Assembly: GCF_044324785.1 (NCBI RefSeq)
Contig: NZ_CP172127.1
From: Escherichia coli
GTDB taxonomy: Bacteria; Pseudomonadota; Gammaproteobacteria; Enterobacterales; Enterobacteriaceae
DNA: 64,000 bases
Reading direction: 5' to 3' (one strand)
Shown: positions 42,692-57,064 of the stretch, one piece after another
Layout of the letters: every line of letters begins with the position of its first letter
Numbering within the stretch: position 1 is the stretch's first letter
Program-made: the position numbers and the translations under genes
The notes under the pieces: model-generated
What the model was told of the DNA's origin: nothing
Databases searched by the model: none
Seen by the model: the letters and a program-made list of their open reading frames with translations, nothing else

Positions 42692-43774
42692 TTACGATTT
42701 TCTCATTAACAGCCACAGGCTGATTAAGAAGAAGCTGGCGCTTGGCAACAGTGCGCCGATGATCGGCGGGATGCCATAAACCAACGTCAGCGGGCCGAAG
42801 ATCTGGTCCAGTACGTAGAAGACAAAACCGAAGCTGATACCGGTGACCACACGCACGCCCATCGGTACGCTACGCAGTGGGCCAAAGATGAACGACAGCG
42901 CCATCAACATCATCACCGCCACGGATAGCGGCTGGAAGATTTTGCTCCACATGTTGAGCTGATAACGTCCGGCATCCTGACCGCTCGACTTCAGATACTT
43001 CACATAGTTGTGCAAACCGCTGATAGAGAGTGCATCCGGGTCCAGCGCCACCACGCCCAGTTTGTCCGGCGTGAGGTTGGTTTTCCAGGTGCCGCTCACC
43101 GTCTGCGAACCGGTAATCTGTTTCGGATTGGTCAAATCAGATTCATCAACCTGCGACAGACGCCAGACTTTATGTTCCGGGTCAAACTTCGCGGTAGCGG
43201 CATAGCGTACGGATTGCAGACGACGATTCTCGTTAAAGGCATAAATGCTGATGCCACCTAACTCTTCGTCACCTTTAACCCGCTCAATGTAGACGAAGTT
43301 GTTGCCATCTTTCGCCCATAAGCCTTGCTGGGTAGAGAGCAACGAGCCGCCGTACATCGCCTGCGCACGGTAGTTACGCGCCATCTGTTCGCCCTGCGGC
43401 GCGACCCATTCGCCAATCGCCATCGTCAGCAAGACCAGCGGAATGGCGGTTTTCATCACCGACAGCGCAACCTGCATACGGGTAAAACCAGAAGCCTGCA
43501 TCACCACCAGTTCGCTGCGCTGCGCCAGCATCCCAAGACCAAGCAACGCCCCAAGCAGAGCCGCCATCGGGAAGAAGATTTGCACATCTTTCGGCACGCT
43601 CAGCAAGGTATACATTCCTGCGCCTAACGCGTCGTAACTCCCCTGCCCGGCTTTTTTCAGCTGATCGACAAACTTGATAATGCCCGACAGTGACACCAGC
43701 ATGAACAGCGTCATCATGATGGTGGTGAAAATAGTTTTACCGATATAGCGGTCAAGTACGCCAAAAGGTTGCAT
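42692..43774 (-). CDS. lptG: LPS export ABC transporter permease LptG
   Basis: 360 aa from MQPFGVLDRYIGK; start shares 1 nt with the lptF stop. Confidence 0.92.
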   Translation of the reverse strand: MQPFGVLDRYIGKTIFTTIMMTLFMLVSLSGIIKFVDQLKKAGQGSYDALGAGMYTLLSVPKDVQIFFPMAALLGALLGLGMLAQRSELVVMQASGFTRMQVALSVMKTAIPLVLLTMAIGEWVAPQGEQMARNYRAQAMYGGSLLSTQQGLWAKDGNNFVYIERVKGDEELGGISIYAFNENRRLQSVRYAATAKFDPEHKVWRLSQVDESDLTNPKQITGSQTVSGTWKTNLTPDKLGVVALDPDALSISGLHNYVKYLKSSGQDAGRYQLNMWSKIFQPLSVAVMMLMALSFIFGPLRSVPMGVRVVTGISFGFVFYVLDQIFGPLTLVYGIPPIIGALLPSASFFLISLWLLMRKS

Positions 43775-44874
43775 CACACCGCTCCTTTACGCGAAAAACT
43801 GGCGCGCAGGCGGCGGACCGGCACGGTGTCCCAAAGGTTGAGAACAATCGCCAAAGCCAGATAAATCAGGTTAACGGTCCACATCCACAGCGTCGGGTCC
43901 AGCTTACCTTTACCGCCGTTCGATTTCAGGGAGGTCTGGATCAGGAAGAAAAGTAGATACAGCAGCATGGCTGGCAGCATCGACAGTACGCGTCCCTGAC
44001 GCGGGTTAACCACACTCAACGGTACAACCATAAGTGCCATCATAAACACGGTGAATACCAACGTGATACGCCAGTTCAGTTCTGCGCGGGCACGATCGGT
44101 GTCAGTCTTCCACAATGTGCGCATGTCCATCTGGTCGGTATCGTTCGGGTCGAGCGCCACCGCCTGGTGACCAATGATCGCCTGATAATCCTGGAAGTCC
44201 GTAATGCGGAAATCACGTAACAGTGCAGTGCCTTCGAAGCGCGTTCCCTGGTTGAGAGTGACGACCTGGGAGCCGTCGCGCAGCTGGGTTAAATGTCCGG
44301 AATCGGCCACCACCACAGAAGGACGTGCATTACCTTTTGGTCGAATTTGCGCGAGGAACACATCTTTAAAATCACTGCCGTCAACGCTTTCGATGAACAG
44401 CACCGAGCTGCCATTAGTCGCTTGCTGGAATTGCCCTTGCGCCAGCGCCGCCATGCCAGGGTTCGCTTTCGCTTCTGCTAACACTTCATCCTGATGACGC
44501 GATGACCACGGTCCCGCCCACATCACGTTAACCGCCGCGACGATTGCCGTGAATACCGCAAGGATCATTGCCGCTTTCACCAGAACCGCTTTGCTCAGGC
44601 CGCAGGCATGCATTACCGTAATTTCACTTTCGGTATACAGTTTGCCCAGCGTCATCAGCAGCCCGAGGAACAGGCTTAATGGCAGGATAAGCTGCGCCAT
44701 TTCCGGCACGCCCAACCCGAGAAGGGAGAGCACCAGATTCGCCGGAATATCGCCGTCAACCGCTGCGCCGAGGATCCTCACTAACTTTTGACAGAAGAAG
44801 ATCAAAAGCAAGATGAAGAGTATCGCCAGCTGGCTTTTGAGCGTCTCCCGCACCAGATATCTTATGATTATCAC
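43774..44874 (-). CDS. lptF: LPS export ABC transporter permease LptF
   Basis: 366 aa (MIIIRYLVRETLK), GTG start; synteny with pepA. Confidence 0.92.
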   Translation of the reverse strand: MIIIRYLVRETLKSQLAILFILLLIFFCQKLVRILGAAVDGDIPANLVLSLLGLGVPEMAQLILPLSLFLGLLMTLGKLYTESEITVMHACGLSKAVLVKAAMILAVFTAIVAAVNVMWAGPWSSRHQDEVLAEAKANPGMAALAQGQFQQATNGSSVLFIESVDGSDFKDVFLAQIRPKGNARPSVVVADSGHLTQLRDGSQVVTLNQGTRFEGTALLRDFRITDFQDYQAIIGHQAVALDPNDTDQMDMRTLWKTDTDRARAELNWRITLVFTVFMMALMVVPLSVVNPRQGRVLSMLPAMLLYLLFFLIQTSLKSNGGKGKLDPTLWMWTVNLIYLALAIVLNLWDTVPVRRLRASFSRKGAV

Positions 44875-45137
44875 TTTAAATACGCCCGTAAAAACTCGTC
44901 TTTTGCAGGATTTTAGCTTGTTTCATGGCTTAAACGTCATTTATTCTCTTGAGTCGTCGAAATCGTCGCTAAGATAATTATACTCAACGGATTCACCTCT
45001 CAGATTTTGTTCTGACGTGCCAATGCCGTAATAACGTTAAGATTAACACGAAGTCATCGCAACAGCGGACATGAGTTACGAAAGCTTGCAATTCTATCTG
45101 TAGCCACCGCCGTTGTCTTTAAGATTCAGGAGCGTAG

Positions 45138-46652
<1,515 letters not shown>

Positions 46653-46654
46653 TT

Positions 46655-46800
<146 letters not shown>

Positions 46801-46813
46801 AGAAGCCCCATAT

Positions 46814-47257
46814 ATGAAAAACGCAACGTTCTATCTTCTGGACAATGACACCACCGTCGATGGCTTAAGCGCCGTTGAGCAGTTGGTGTGTGAAATTGCC
46901 GCAGAACGTTGGCGCAGCGGTAAGCGCGTACTCATCGCCTGTGAAGATGAAAAGCAGGCTTACCGGCTGGATGAAGCCCTGTGGGCGCGTCCGGCAGAAA
47001 GCTTTGTTCCGCATAATTTAGCGGGAGAAGGACCGCGCGGCGGTGCGCCGGTGGAGATCGCCTGGCCGCAAAAGCGTAGCAGCAGCCCGCGCGATATATT
47101 GATTAGTCTGCGAACAAGCTTTGCAGATTTTGCCACCGCTTTCACAGAAGTGGTAGACTTCGTTCCTTATGAAGATTCTCTGAAACAACTGGCGCGCGAA
47201 CGCTATAAAGCCTACCGCGTGGCTGGTTTCAACCTGAATACGGCAACCTGGAAATAA
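46814..47257 (+). CDS. holC: DNA polymerase III chi subunit HolC
   Basis: 147 aa from [11 protein letters not shown]...; stop overlaps the valS start. Confidence 0.92.
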   Translation: MKNATFYLLDNDTTVDGLSAVEQLVCEIAAERWRSGKRVLIACEDEKQAYRLDEALWARPAESFVPHNLAGEGPRGGAPVEIAWPQKRSSSPRDILISLRTSFADFATAFTEVVDFVPYEDSLKQLARERYKAYRVAGFNLNTATWK

Positions 47258-50112
47258 TGGAAAAGACATATAACCCACAAGATATCGAACAGCCGCTTTA
47301 CGAGCACTGGGAAAAGCAGGGCTACTTTAAGCCTAATGGCGATGAAAGCCAGGAAAGTTTCTGCATCATGATCCCGCCGCCGAACGTCACCGGCAGTTTG
47401 CATATGGGTCACGCCTTCCAGCAAACCATCATGGATACCATGATCCGCTATCAGCGCATGCAGGGCAAAAACACCCTGTGGCAGGTCGGTACTGACCACG
47501 CCGGGATCGCTACCCAGATGGTCGTTGAGCGCAAGATTGCCGCAGAAGAAGGTAAAACCCGTCACGACTACGGCCGCGAAGCTTTCATCGACAAAATCTG
47601 GGAATGGAAAGCGGAATCTGGCGGCACCATTACCCGTCAGATGCGCCGTCTCGGCAACTCCGTAGACTGGGAGCGTGAACGCTTCACTATGGACGAAGGC
47701 CTGTCCAATGCGGTGAAAGAAGTTTTCGTTCGTCTGTATAAAGAAGACCTGATTTACCGTGGCAAGCGCCTGGTAAACTGGGACCCGAAACTGCGTACCG
47801 CTATCTCTGACCTGGAAGTGGAAAATCGCGAATCGAAAGGTTCGATGTGGCACATCCGCTATCCGCTGGCTGACGGCGCGAAAACCGCAGACGGTAAAGA
47901 TTATCTGGTGGTTGCGACCACTCGCCCGGAAACCCTACTGGGCGATACCGGCGTAGCCGTTAACCCGGAAGATCCGCGTTACAAAGATCTGATTGGCAAA
48001 TATGTCATTCTGCCGCTGGTTAACCGTCGTATTCCGATCGTTGGCGACGAACACGCCGACATGGAAAAAGGCACCGGCTGCGTGAAAATCACTCCGGCGC
48101 ACGACTTTAACGACTATGAAGTCGGTAAACGTCATCAACTTCCGATGATCAACATCCTGACCTTTGACGGTGATATCCGTGAAAGCGCCCAGGTGTTCGA
48201 TACCAAAGGTAACGAATCTGACGTTTATTCCAGCGAAATCCCGGCAGAGTTCCAGAAACTCGAGCGTTTTGCTGCACGTAAAGCAGTCGTTGCTGCGGTT
48301 GATGCACTCGGCCTGCTGGAAGAAATTAAACCGCACGACCTGACCGTTCCTTACGGCGACCGTGGCGGCGTGGTTATCGAACCGATGCTGACCGACCAGT
48401 GGTACGTGCGTGCCGATGTACTGGCGAAACCGGCAGTTGAAGCGGTTGAGAACGGCGACATTCAGTTCGTACCGAAGCAGTACGAAAACATGTACTTCTC
48501 CTGGATGCGCGATATTCAGGACTGGTGTATCTCTCGTCAGCTGTGGTGGGGTCACCGTATCCCGGCATGGTACGACGAAGCGGGTAACGTTTATGTTGGC
48601 CGCAACGAAGACGAAGTGCGTAAAGAAAATAACCTCGGTGCCGACGTTGCCCTGCGTCAGGACGAAGACGTTCTCGACACCTGGTTCTCCTCCGCGCTGT
48701 GGACCTTCTCCACCCTCGGTTGGCCGGAAAATACCGACGCCCTGCGTCAGTTCCACCCAACCAGCGTGATGGTATCCGGTTTCGACATCATCTTCTTCTG
48801 GATTGCCCGCATGATCATGATGACCATGCACTTCATCAAAGATGAAAATGGCAAACCGCAGGTGCCGTTCCACACTGTTTACATGACCGGCCTGATTCGT
48901 GATGACGAAGGCCAGAAGATGTCCAAATCCAAGGGTAACGTGATTGACCCGCTGGATATGGTTGACGGTATTTCGCTGCCGGAACTGCTGGAAAAACGTA
49001 CCGGTAATATGATGCAGCCGCAGCTGGCGGACAAAATCCGTAAGCGCACCGAGAAGCAGTTCCCGAACGGCATTGAGCCGCACGGTACTGACGCGCTGCG
49101 CTTCACCCTGGCGGCGCTGGCTTCTACCGGTCGTGACATCAACTGGGATATGAAGCGTCTGGAAGGCTACCGTAACTTCTGTAACAAGCTGTGGAACGCC
49201 AGCCGCTTTGTGCTGATGAACACAGAAGGTCAGGATTGCGGCTTCAACGGTGGTGAAATGACGCTGTCGCTGGCGGATCGCTGGATTCTGGCAGAGTTCA
49301 ACCAGACCATCAAAGCGTACCGCGAAGCGCTGGACAGCTTCCGCTTCGATATCGCTGCAGGCATTCTGTATGAATTCACCTGGAACCAGTTCTGTGACTG
49401 GTATCTGGAGCTGACTAAGCCGGTAATGAATGGTGGAACAGAAGCCGAACTGCGTGGTACTCGCCATACGCTGGTGACTGTACTGGAAGGTCTGCTGCGC
49501 CTCGCGCATCCGATCATTCCATTCATCACCGAAACCATCTGGCAGCGTGTGAAAGTACTTTGCGGTATCACTGCCGACACCATCATGCTGCAACCGTTCC
49601 CGCAGTACGATGCGTCTCAGGTGGATGAAGCGGCACTGGCCGACACCGAGTGGCTGAAACAGGCGATCGTTGCTGTACGTAACATCCGTGCAGAAATGAA
49701 CATCGCGCCGGGCAAACCGCTGGAACTGCTGCTGCGTGGTTGCAGCGCGGATGCAGAACGTCGAGTGAACGAAAACCGTGGCTTCCTGCAAACGCTGGCG
49801 CGTCTGGAAAGCATCACCGTGCTGCCTGCCGATGACAAAGGTCCGGTTTCCGTTACCAAGATCATCGACGGCGCAGAGCTGCTGATCCCGATGGCTGGCC
49901 TCATCAACAAAGAAGATGAGCTGGCGCGTCTGGCGAAAGAAGTGGCGAAGATTGAAGGTGAAATCAGCCGTATCGAGAACAAACTGGCGAACGAAGGCTT
50001 TGTCGCCCGTGCACCGGAAGCGGTCATCGCGAAAGAGCGTGAGAAGCTGGAAGGTTATGCAGAAGCGAAGGCCAAGCTGATTGAGCAGCAGGCTATTATC
50101 GCCGCACTGTAA
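47257..50112 (+). CDS. valS: Valyl-tRNA synthetase ValS
   Basis: 951 aa; class I aaRS HIGH motif ([12 protein letters not shown]) and KMSKS. Confidence 0.97.
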   Translation: MEKTYNPQDIEQPLYEHWEKQGYFKPNGDESQESFCIMIPPPNVTGSLHMGHAFQQTIMDTMIRYQRMQGKNTLWQVGTDHAGIATQMVVERKIAAEEGKTRHDYGREAFIDKIWEWKAESGGTITRQMRRLGNSVDWERERFTMDEGLSNAVKEVFVRLYKEDLIYRGKRLVNWDPKLRTAISDLEVENRESKGSMWHIRYPLADGAKTADGKDYLVVATTRPETLLGDTGVAVNPEDPRYKDLIGKYVILPLVNRRIPIVGDEHADMEKGTGCVKITPAHDFNDYEVGKRHQLPMINILTFDGDIRESAQVFDTKGNESDVYSSEIPAEFQKLERFAARKAVVAAVDALGLLEEIKPHDLTVPYGDRGGVVIEPMLTDQWYVRADVLAKPAVEAVENGDIQFVPKQYENMYFSWMRDIQDWCISRQLWWGHRIPAWYDEAGNVYVGRNEDEVRKENNLGADVALRQDEDVLDTWFSSALWTFSTLGWPENTDALRQFHPTSVMVSGFDIIFFWIARMIMMTMHFIKDENGKPQVPFHTVYMTGLIRDDEGQKMSKSKGNVIDPLDMVDGISLPELLEKRTGNMMQPQLADKIRKRTEKQFPNGIEPHGTDALRFTLAALASTGRDINWDMKRLEGYRNFCNKLWNASRFVLMNTEGQDCGFNGGEMTLSLADRWILAEFNQTIKAYREALDSFRFDIAAGILYEFTWNQFCDWYLELTKPVMNGGTEAELRGTRHTLVTVLEGLLRLAHPIIPFITETIWQRVKVLCGITADTIMLQPFPQYDASQVDEAALADTEWLKQAIVAVRNIRAEMNIAPGKPLELLLRGCSADAERRVNENRGFLQTLARLESITVLPADDKGPVSVTKIIDGAELLIPMAGLINKEDELARLAKEVAKIEGEISRIENKLANEGFVARAPEAVIAKEREKLEGYAEAKAKLIEQQAIIAAL

Positions 50113-50132
50113 TCAACACAGTGATGAAAACG

Positions 50133-50161
50133 AAGGCCGGCGCATGCGCCGGCCTTTTTTA
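50133..50161 (+). terminator. Rho-independent terminator after valS
   Basis: AAGGCCGGCGCATGCGCCGGCC hairpin followed by TTTTTTT. Confidence 0.8.
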
Positions 50162-50165
50162 TCTC

Positions 50166-51362
50166 TTACAGAAATGGTAAAGAAGGCATAACTCCCCGAG
50201 AAATACTGGCTAAGAAACCTTTATCTGGTTGTTCTTCTTTATTGATTAAAGGAAGGTCATCCAAATCGCCCAGCAAATACGTATTTTTTGCCTGCCAGTC
50301 AATCATCCATATTTTCAGCAGTGGGTAAGCCAGACCACCCGTAATCCCGGATATCACCACCAACGCACACATGCGATAAAGCATACCGTGGTACGTTAAA
50401 GTTGAGCGAAAACGAATACGCCCATCATTCAGTGACAGGTTGCTCATAAAATGATTTCGCAACGACACCGTTAAATAACTGGTGCTAACAGCAATCCCAA
50501 AATAATAAATTAACTGCGCGATTATCATTTTACGTTGCATTTCCATAAATTGCTGTAAATTCTCAATGTCATCATTTGCATATACAGAACTATCATACGC
50601 ATTTAATATTTGATCGAAGATAATATAACCAGCAACAGCGAGAAAAGGCAATAAAGCTAAAAATGCGAGAATGGCATATTTTATACAATACGTAGTATCT
50701 AATTTCACCTTGAAACGATGTATACCGAAACTGGTATTGCTCCAGAGAAAACTCATTACCAGACTATATAAAGTACCATTAAAAATACCAATGGAAACAA
50801 TACCAACTATTGCCATCAGAACCATGGATATAATAACACTACTTGAACTATTGGCAGGTAGCATCTTTGTCGAGATAAAGAAAACAGTCCCCATCCCAAT
50901 GGCCATTAAAATCGGCAAGAAAAAGGTCACCCACCAGAACCCTTTCATAGAGCAATTAAAACTAAATCTTACGCCGTTGAGACTGGTCATTAAGGCCTGA
51001 TGACGCAGTCCTTTTGCTGCCATAAATATAAGCAAAGCCAACAGTAACAAAGTCAAAACACAACCAACAAGCGGCATATCTGCTGACACTGTCATTAAGA
51101 TTGCGAAATAGAAAAAAACAAAAACAAGACAACTAACAAAAACATTCCCACCGGTAATTCCATAAGAAAATCGTTGTCCGTTAACTTCCATATTAGCATA
51201 AAGATAACGCTTACATTTCATTAATGCCCATGGTAAATAGATACCTAGCGTTATAATCGTTAACAACACATTCACCACACAAATAAGAAAATATCTCTCA
51301 CCTGTACCATGAAAAACAAACGAATGGGACGGAACATCCATTTCATTAATAACTTGAGCCAT
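50166..51362 (-). CDS. yjgN: Inner-membrane protein YjgN (DUF898)
   Basis: 398 aa from MAQVINEMDV...; multiple transmembrane helices; synteny. Confidence 0.88.
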   Translation of the reverse strand: MAQVINEMDVPSHSFVFHGTGERYFLICVVNVLLTIITLGIYLPWALMKCKRYLYANMEVNGQRFSYGITGGNVFVSCLVFVFFYFAILMTVSADMPLVGCVLTLLLLALLIFMAAKGLRHQALMTSLNGVRFSFNCSMKGFWWVTFFLPILMAIGMGTVFFISTKMLPANSSSSVIISMVLMAIVGIVSIGIFNGTLYSLVMSFLWSNTSFGIHRFKVKLDTTYCIKYAILAFLALLPFLAVAGYIIFDQILNAYDSSVYANDDIENLQQFMEMQRKMIIAQLIYYFGIAVSTSYLTVSLRNHFMSNLSLNDGRIRFRSTLTYHGMLYRMCALVVISGITGGLAYPLLKIWMIDWQAKNTYLLGDLDDLPLINKEEQPDKGFLASISRGVMPSLPFL

Positions 51363-51554
51363 AAAAATTCCCTGAATTAAAAAATCCATTGATATAACTT
51401 ATATATACAGACAGTAAAATGTTCTGCCACGTTACAATACTCTTATCAGTAATAGGCTGGCAAAAACTTTATTACTTTATAAGTCGCTTGCGTACGTAAG
51501 AAGAGAGTGGTATTAAACAAATGTATAATTACTTTATTTTTATTGGGTTAAACT

Positions 51555-52058
51555 ATGAATAACATTGCGCCGCAATCACCTGTAATGCGTCGCCTGACGC
51601 TGCAGGATAATCCTGCTATCGCCCGCGTCATTCGTCAGGTATCCGCCGAATACGGTCTTACCGCTGATAAAGGCTACACCGTCGCCGATCCGAATCTTGA
51701 CGAGCTGTATCAAGTATATAGTCAGCCTGGCCATGCATATTGGGTGGTTGAGTACGAGGGTGAAGTGGTCGGCGGCGGTGGGATAGCGCCATTAACCGGG
51801 AGTGAGTCGGACATTTGCGAACTGCAAAAGATGTATTTTCTTCCGGCTATCCGCGGCAAAGGGCTGGCAAAAAAACTGGCCTTAATGGCGATGGAGCAGG
51901 CGCGAGAGATGGGTTTCAAACGCTGCTATCTGGAAACGACCGCTTTTTTAAAGGAAGCCATTGCGCTTTATGATCATTTGGGCTTTGAGCATATCGACTA
52001 TGCGCTTGGCTGCACGGGCCATGTCGATTGTGAAGTGCGGATGTTGCGCGAACTCTAA
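51555..52058 (+). CDS. yjgM: GNAT-family N-acetyltransferase YjgM
   Basis: 167 aa; followed by hairpin terminator ATGCCCGCG...CGCGGGCAT at 52062..52088. Confidence 0.88.
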   Translation: MNNIAPQSPVMRRLTLQDNPAIARVIRQVSAEYGLTADKGYTVADPNLDELYQVYSQPGHAYWVVEYEGEVVGGGGIAPLTGSESDICELQKMYFLPAIRGKGLAKKLALMAMEQAREMGFKRCYLETTAFLKEAIALYDHLGFEHIDYALGCTGHVDCEVRMLREL

Positions 52059-52201
52059 AAAATGCCCGCGTGTTCAACTCGCGGGCATTCGAACATTAAC
52101 AACGTACGTTTTGTTTATGCCGGATGTGACATGAATGCCTTATCCGGGCTACAAATTCACCAGGTTGCAGGAACTACCTGAGCCTGATGCGCTACGCTTA
52201 A

Positions 52202-52618
52202 TTAGTGACGAACTCCGTCATCGTCTTCATCGACAAAATCTTCATCGTCGCCATCTTCGCCGTTAGGATCTTCAAAGTAAGTGCCCCAACCGTCGTACTC
52301 AACGTCAAATTTCTCTGCCAGCGTCATCAGTTGTTCAACCTGGGCATCGATCAGATCGGCATTCAATGCGCACTCGCTGAGGATGTCGCAGCAAATCACG
52401 ATGTCACCATCTTCAACTTCCAGCTCCTCTGGATCGGTCACTTCGTAACCGAGTTTAAACGCTTCAACTGCTGCTTTTTCCAGGGTTTCCAGATCGTCTG
52501 CAGAAAGATGGTGTTCGATGGTGTACAACGCGTCCGGATCGCTGCCATCTTCCAGTAATTCTTCAATAATCAAACGTGTTTCTTCACGCTGTTCTTCCAG
52601 TTGTTCCGGGTTTGCCAT
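52202..52618 (-). CDS. rraB: Regulator of RNase E activity RraB
   Basis: 138 aa, highly acidic C-terminus; synteny. Confidence 0.9.
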
Positions 52619-52711
52619 GGCTCATTCCTCTTAATGTCCTGCCGATACTCTTATTGTCACACACCACTGACATTGCCTCCACCTTTGTGACAAAGATTTA
52701 TGCTTTAGACT

Positions 52712-52758
52712 TGCAAATGAATAATCATCCATATAAATTGAATTTTAATTCATTGAGG
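52712..52758. promoter_or_regulatory. Putative ArgR operator (ARG boxes) upstream of argI
   Basis: AATGAATAATCATCCATAT and AAATTGAATTTTAATTCATTGA resemble the TNTGAATWWWWATTCANW ARG-box consensus. Confidence 0.45.
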
Positions 52759-52779
52759 CGTTAGCCACAGGAGGGATCT

Positions 52780-53784
52780 ATGTCCGGGTTTTATCATAAG
52801 CATTTCCTGAAATTACTCGATTTCACGCCAGCTGAACTCAACAGCCTGCTGCAGTTAGCCGCGAAGCTGAAAGCCGATAAGAAAAGCGGTAAAGAAGAAG
52901 CCAAACTCACTGGTAAAAACATCGCGCTCATCTTCGAAAAAGACTCGACTCGTACCCGATGCTCTTTCGAAGTTGCCGCATATGACCAGGGTGCTCGCGT
53001 TACTTATCTCGGCCCAAGCGGCAGCCAGATTGGTCATAAAGAGTCGATTAAAGACACTGCCCGCGTGCTTGGTCGCATGTATGACGGTATTCAGTATCGC
53101 GGCTATGGTCAGGAGATTGTCGAAACACTGGCGGAATACGCTGGCGTGCCGGTATGGAACGGCCTGACCAATGAGTTCCATCCCACGCAGCTGCTGGCGG
53201 ATCTTCTCACCATGCAGGAGCATTTGCCCGGCCAAGCGTTCAACGAAATGACGCTGGTTTATGCAGGTGACGCGCGTAACAACATGGGAAACTCGATGCT
53301 CGAAGCTGCGGCGCTTACCGGTCTGGATTTGCGTCTGGTCGCGCCGCAGGCATGCTGGCCGGAAGCTGCGCTGGTTACGGAATGCCGCGCCCTGGCACAG
53401 CAAAATGGTGGGAATATTACGCTGACAGAAGATGTCGCGAAGGGAGTTGAAGGTGCTGACTTTATCTATACCGATGTGTGGGTGTCGATGGGGGAAGCAA
53501 AAGAGAAATGGGCGGAACGGATTGCATTGCTGCGTGAATATCAGGTGAACAGCAAGATGATGCAGTTGACCGGTAACCCGGAGGTCAAATTCCTCCACTG
53601 CCTGCCCGCGTTTCATGACGACCAAACGACGCTTGGCAAGAAAATGGCGGAAGAATTTGGCCTACATGGCGGTATGGAAGTCACTGATGAGGTCTTCGAA
53701 TCTGCCGCCAGCATTGTTTTTGATCAGGCGGAAAACCGTATGCATACTATCAAAGCGGTGATGGTCGCGACGCTCAGTAAATAA
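52780..53784 (+). CDS. argI: Ornithine carbamoyltransferase ArgI
   Basis: 334 aa; carbamoyl-phosphate motif STRTR and ornithine-binding HCLP. Confidence 0.93.
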   Translation: MSGFYHKHFLKLLDFTPAELNSLLQLAAKLKADKKSGKEEAKLTGKNIALIFEKDSTRTRCSFEVAAYDQGARVTYLGPSGSQIGHKESIKDTARVLGRMYDGIQYRGYGQEIVETLAEYAGVPVWNGLTNEFHPTQLLADLLTMQEHLPGQAFNEMTLVYAGDARNNMGNSMLEAAALTGLDLRLVAPQACWPEAALVTECRALAQQNGGNITLTEDVAKGVEGADFIYTDVWVSMGEAKEKWAERIALLREYQVNSKMMQLTGNPEVKFLHCLPAFHDDQTTLGKKMAEEFGLHGGMEVTDEVFESAASIVFDQAENRMHTIKAVMVATLSK

Positions 53785-53839
53785 TTGCTATCGCTATAAA
53801 GATGCCGGGAAATACAAACCATCCCGGCATCACATTATT

Positions 53840-55681
53840 TTATGCAGTGATAGGTTTATTATTCCAGCCAAATTTTTCTATTGCTACACGTAAATTTTCC
53901 GGTGGATTTAGTTTATTTAAACGCTGTTCATTAATATATGGTAATACATTAACTCTCGATTGCAAGATAGTTTGCATCATTCTAAATCTAAGTTTGTATT
54001 CATTATTCAGTTTTTCTTTGATAACATTATCTGGTTGACTCCTCAAAATTTCCTTATTAGATGCCTCATTATTAAAATCATATTTTAAATTATCAAAATA
54101 AATCTTTTCACCCTCATAACCCTTAAGTAACTGAGGGAAGTACCAATTAATCATCTCAGGATTTTTCATAAAGAAATCATTCATAAAAATATCATTCACT
54201 AAAATGCTGACAGGTACTTTATTAAATATAGATTCAACATTATCAAATAGCCTTTGTATTAAATTTGTTTTTTCTCGATTACTTAAGTTAAATTCATTGA
54301 CATATACAACCAACTTATTCCAAATCAACCCCTGTAATTCAGGGCTATTTTTATAGGGTTCTTTATCGAGATTGAAAAATAATGTCTCAGCTATTTTAGA
54401 CTGATCGCTGCGAAGATTAATATGATTTATTACGGAGCATGCATGCTTTATCTTTTTAGTATCATCAAAATATTGCATGCTTTTATTAAAACACCACTCC
54501 AGTATTCTTACATCATAAATATATGGAAATTTTAAAAAAGTCTCCAGCATCGAATCGATGACCGGTGTAAGGTTAACCTTTGCATCATCTAAGGAATCAA
54601 TAAGAATATGAGACAGGTTAATCATGATGTCATTAATTTCATTGTTACCTTTTTTGTCATTATCAATTCCGTGATCATATTCGTAGAGCTTATCTATTTC
54701 ATCAAGTATACCATTTTCGCCCAGTAAGTATGAAATCGATTCATCACATACATGAGGCATTAATAGCAGATGTTCGTTCCTTATTGCTAATAATGCATTA
54801 TTTAATGGTTTTTCTAATAAATCCGCAATCGTAGAATCAACTGAACCTTTACAACTCACCTGCGAGTTATTTAAGTCCTGAGAATTATTTAACTCCTGCG
54901 GATCATTTAACTCCTGTGGACTATTTAACTCCTGCGAGTTATTTAACTCCTGAGAATCATTTAAATTCTGCGGATTATTTAACTCCTGAGGATTATTTAA
55001 CCCCTGTATATTATTTAACCCCTGTATATTATTTAACTTCTGTAGATTATTTAATTTCTGTAAATTATTTAACTTCTGTAGAGCATTTAACTTTTGACGA
55101 TTATTTAACTTCTGATGATTGTTTAATAGACGCGCTATTTCCTTGTTAGCTTCGCTTTGGTAACACGCCAGAACCTTGTTAGTAATCAGGTGTAATGAAC
55201 TCTCATCTTTTCTTTCAAAGGACTTCCCTTCATAACGATTAGTCGAACCATCAGATTGTTTAAATATAATGACTATATGTCCTTCACGAATCCCTTTAGT
55301 ACAAGCTGAGGCAAGTGTAATTTCTATCTTCACCTTAGATAAATCCGCTCGCTCCCTTTCAGGATTATTCATGTAAAACTTCATTTTTTCATTGCCATCA
55401 GTATCTTTAGAATAAGATGAGGACTTAATATGAGCCATCATATTTCTACCCGCTTCGTTGGAGCGTTTGCTAAAATCCACATAACCCAGGGTAAATATCT
55501 TTGCCAAAAACTCCAAAAATGCTCCAGGAGAAAGAATATTCCTTCTGCTATCCTGCCCCCCGGCAATACGGGCAAAATCATTCATTCCAACACGCCAGGT
55601 ATTTAAAACTTCACTTTTTTGTTTAAAATTGTCGGCTAATGTAATGTGTTGAGAATAATTTAAATCTGATATTTTGCTCAT
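53840..55681 (-). CDS. yjgL: YjgL (repeat-containing protein of unknown function)
   Basis: ~613 aa from MSKISDLNYSQ; contains a run of hexapeptide repeats (QKLNNL/QELNNS...). Confidence 0.8.
   Translation of the reverse strand: MSKISDLNYSQHITLADNFKQKSEVLNTWRVGMNDFARIAGGQDSRRNILSPGAFLEFLAKIFTLGYVDFSKRSNEAGRNMMAHIKSSSYSKDTDGNEKMKFYMNNPERERADLSKVKIEITLASACTKGIREGHIVIIFKQSDGSTNRYEGKSFERKDESSLHLITNKVLACYQSEANKEIARLLNNHQKLNNRQKLNALQKLNNLQKLNNLQKLNNIQGLNNIQGLNNPQELNNPQNLNDSQELNNSQELNSPQELNDPQELNNSQDLNNSQVSCKGSVDSTIADLLEKPLNNALLAIRNEHLLLMPHVCDESISYLLGENGILDEIDKLYEYDHGIDNDKKGNNEINDIMINLSHILIDSLDDAKVNLTPVIDSMLETFLKFPYIYDVRILEWCFNKSMQYFDDTKKIKHACSVINHINLRSDQSKIAETLFFNLDKEPYKNSPELQGLIWNKLVVYVNEFNLSNREKTNLIQRLFDNVESIFNKVPVSILVNDIFMNDFFMKNPEMINWYFPQLLKGYEGEKIYFDNLKYDFNNEASNKEILRSQPDNVIKEKLNNEYKLRFRMMQTILQSRVNVLPYINEQRLNKLNPPENLRVAIEKFGWNNKPITA
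54859..55126. repeat. About 15 tandem degenerate 18-bp repeats inside yjgL, encoding hexapeptide Q-x-L-N-N-x units
   Basis: Read directly: repeated TTATTTAACTCCTG-like units, in frame. Confidence 0.85.
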
Positions 55682-55803
55682 GACGAACTCCTTGAGTGAA
55701 TAAGAACGTCTAAGCATTACAAATTTTACTCACAAAAAAATATCAAAAAACGCTCTTTTCACAAACTCGCCGTAAACCTTGAGTTATTTACGGCGAAAAG
55801 TCA

Positions 55804-56268
<465 letters not shown>

Positions 56269-56400
56269 TTAATTAAAACAATGTTTCATTTCTATCGTTA
56301 TACGAAAAGATGATCAATTCCGCTAGCCTTAACGTGTGAATTATTGTCTTATCACAACTTATCGGCAGACGCGTTCCCGCCTTTCGGGTCAAGGCCCGCA

Positions 56401-56994
56401 TCACTCCTCGAGAATAGTTTTTATCGCTTCCCCCGCCATTGCAGCTGTTGCACAGAGTTGTTCTATAGAGTGCCCCTCTCGTGCCTTCGCAGAAAGCCCA
56501 GACATCACGGTACTCATAAAATCAGTCACACATTGTGCGCGTTGTGGATGCCGCCTGGCGATGTAGTCATAAATGGTCGTTTCTGCTGCGTGATAATATT
56601 GAACGGCAATATCACGCGCTTGTGGATCATGACTATGAATACCTTCAAGAACCATACAGCCAGCGCAGCCGCCGTTTTGGCTATATCTGCACGCCGCTTC
56701 TTTTAATACCTCAACCAGGCACTCGCCTACCGGACGATCATCACGAAGAATATCGGCAAGCGGAATAGCTTCCGTACCGACATATTCATTGAGTACATGG
56801 CTAAATAACCCAGCCTTACTGCCAAAAGCCGCGTAGAGGCTCGGGGGGTTAATACCAAGATAATCAGTAACTTCAGCAACACTGACAGCATCGAAACCTT
56901 TTTGATGAAAAAGCACTTTTGCCGCAGAGACTGCCTGCTCAGGAGCGAAACGTCTGGGGCGACCTGGAACACGAGATTGTTTTTTAGTGACCAT
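56401..56994 (-). CDS. bdcR: TetR-family regulator BdcR (YjgJ)
   Basis: 197 aa; N-terminal TetR HTH; divergent from bdcA. Confidence 0.88.
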   Translation of the reverse strand: MVTKKQSRVPGRPRRFAPEQAVSAAKVLFHQKGFDAVSVAEVTDYLGINPPSLYAAFGSKAGLFSHVLNEYVGTEAIPLADILRDDRPVGECLVEVLKEAACRYSQNGGCAGCMVLEGIHSHDPQARDIAVQYYHAAETTIYDYIARRHPQRAQCVTDFMSTVMSGLSAKAREGHSIEQLCATAAMAGEAIKTILEE

Positions 56995-57064
56995 TACAAA
57001 ACTTGTTGACAGAAAGTTAAAACAGTTTTGTAATGCATGTTACATAATAAATCAAGGAGTCCTT

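Noticed and set aside
47935-49791. 618-aa ORF on the minus strand
   Set aside because: Lies entirely antisense within valS, whose identity is unambiguous (HIGH/KMSKS motifs); a long antisense frame of this kind is a frequent artefact of GC-rich codon usage.
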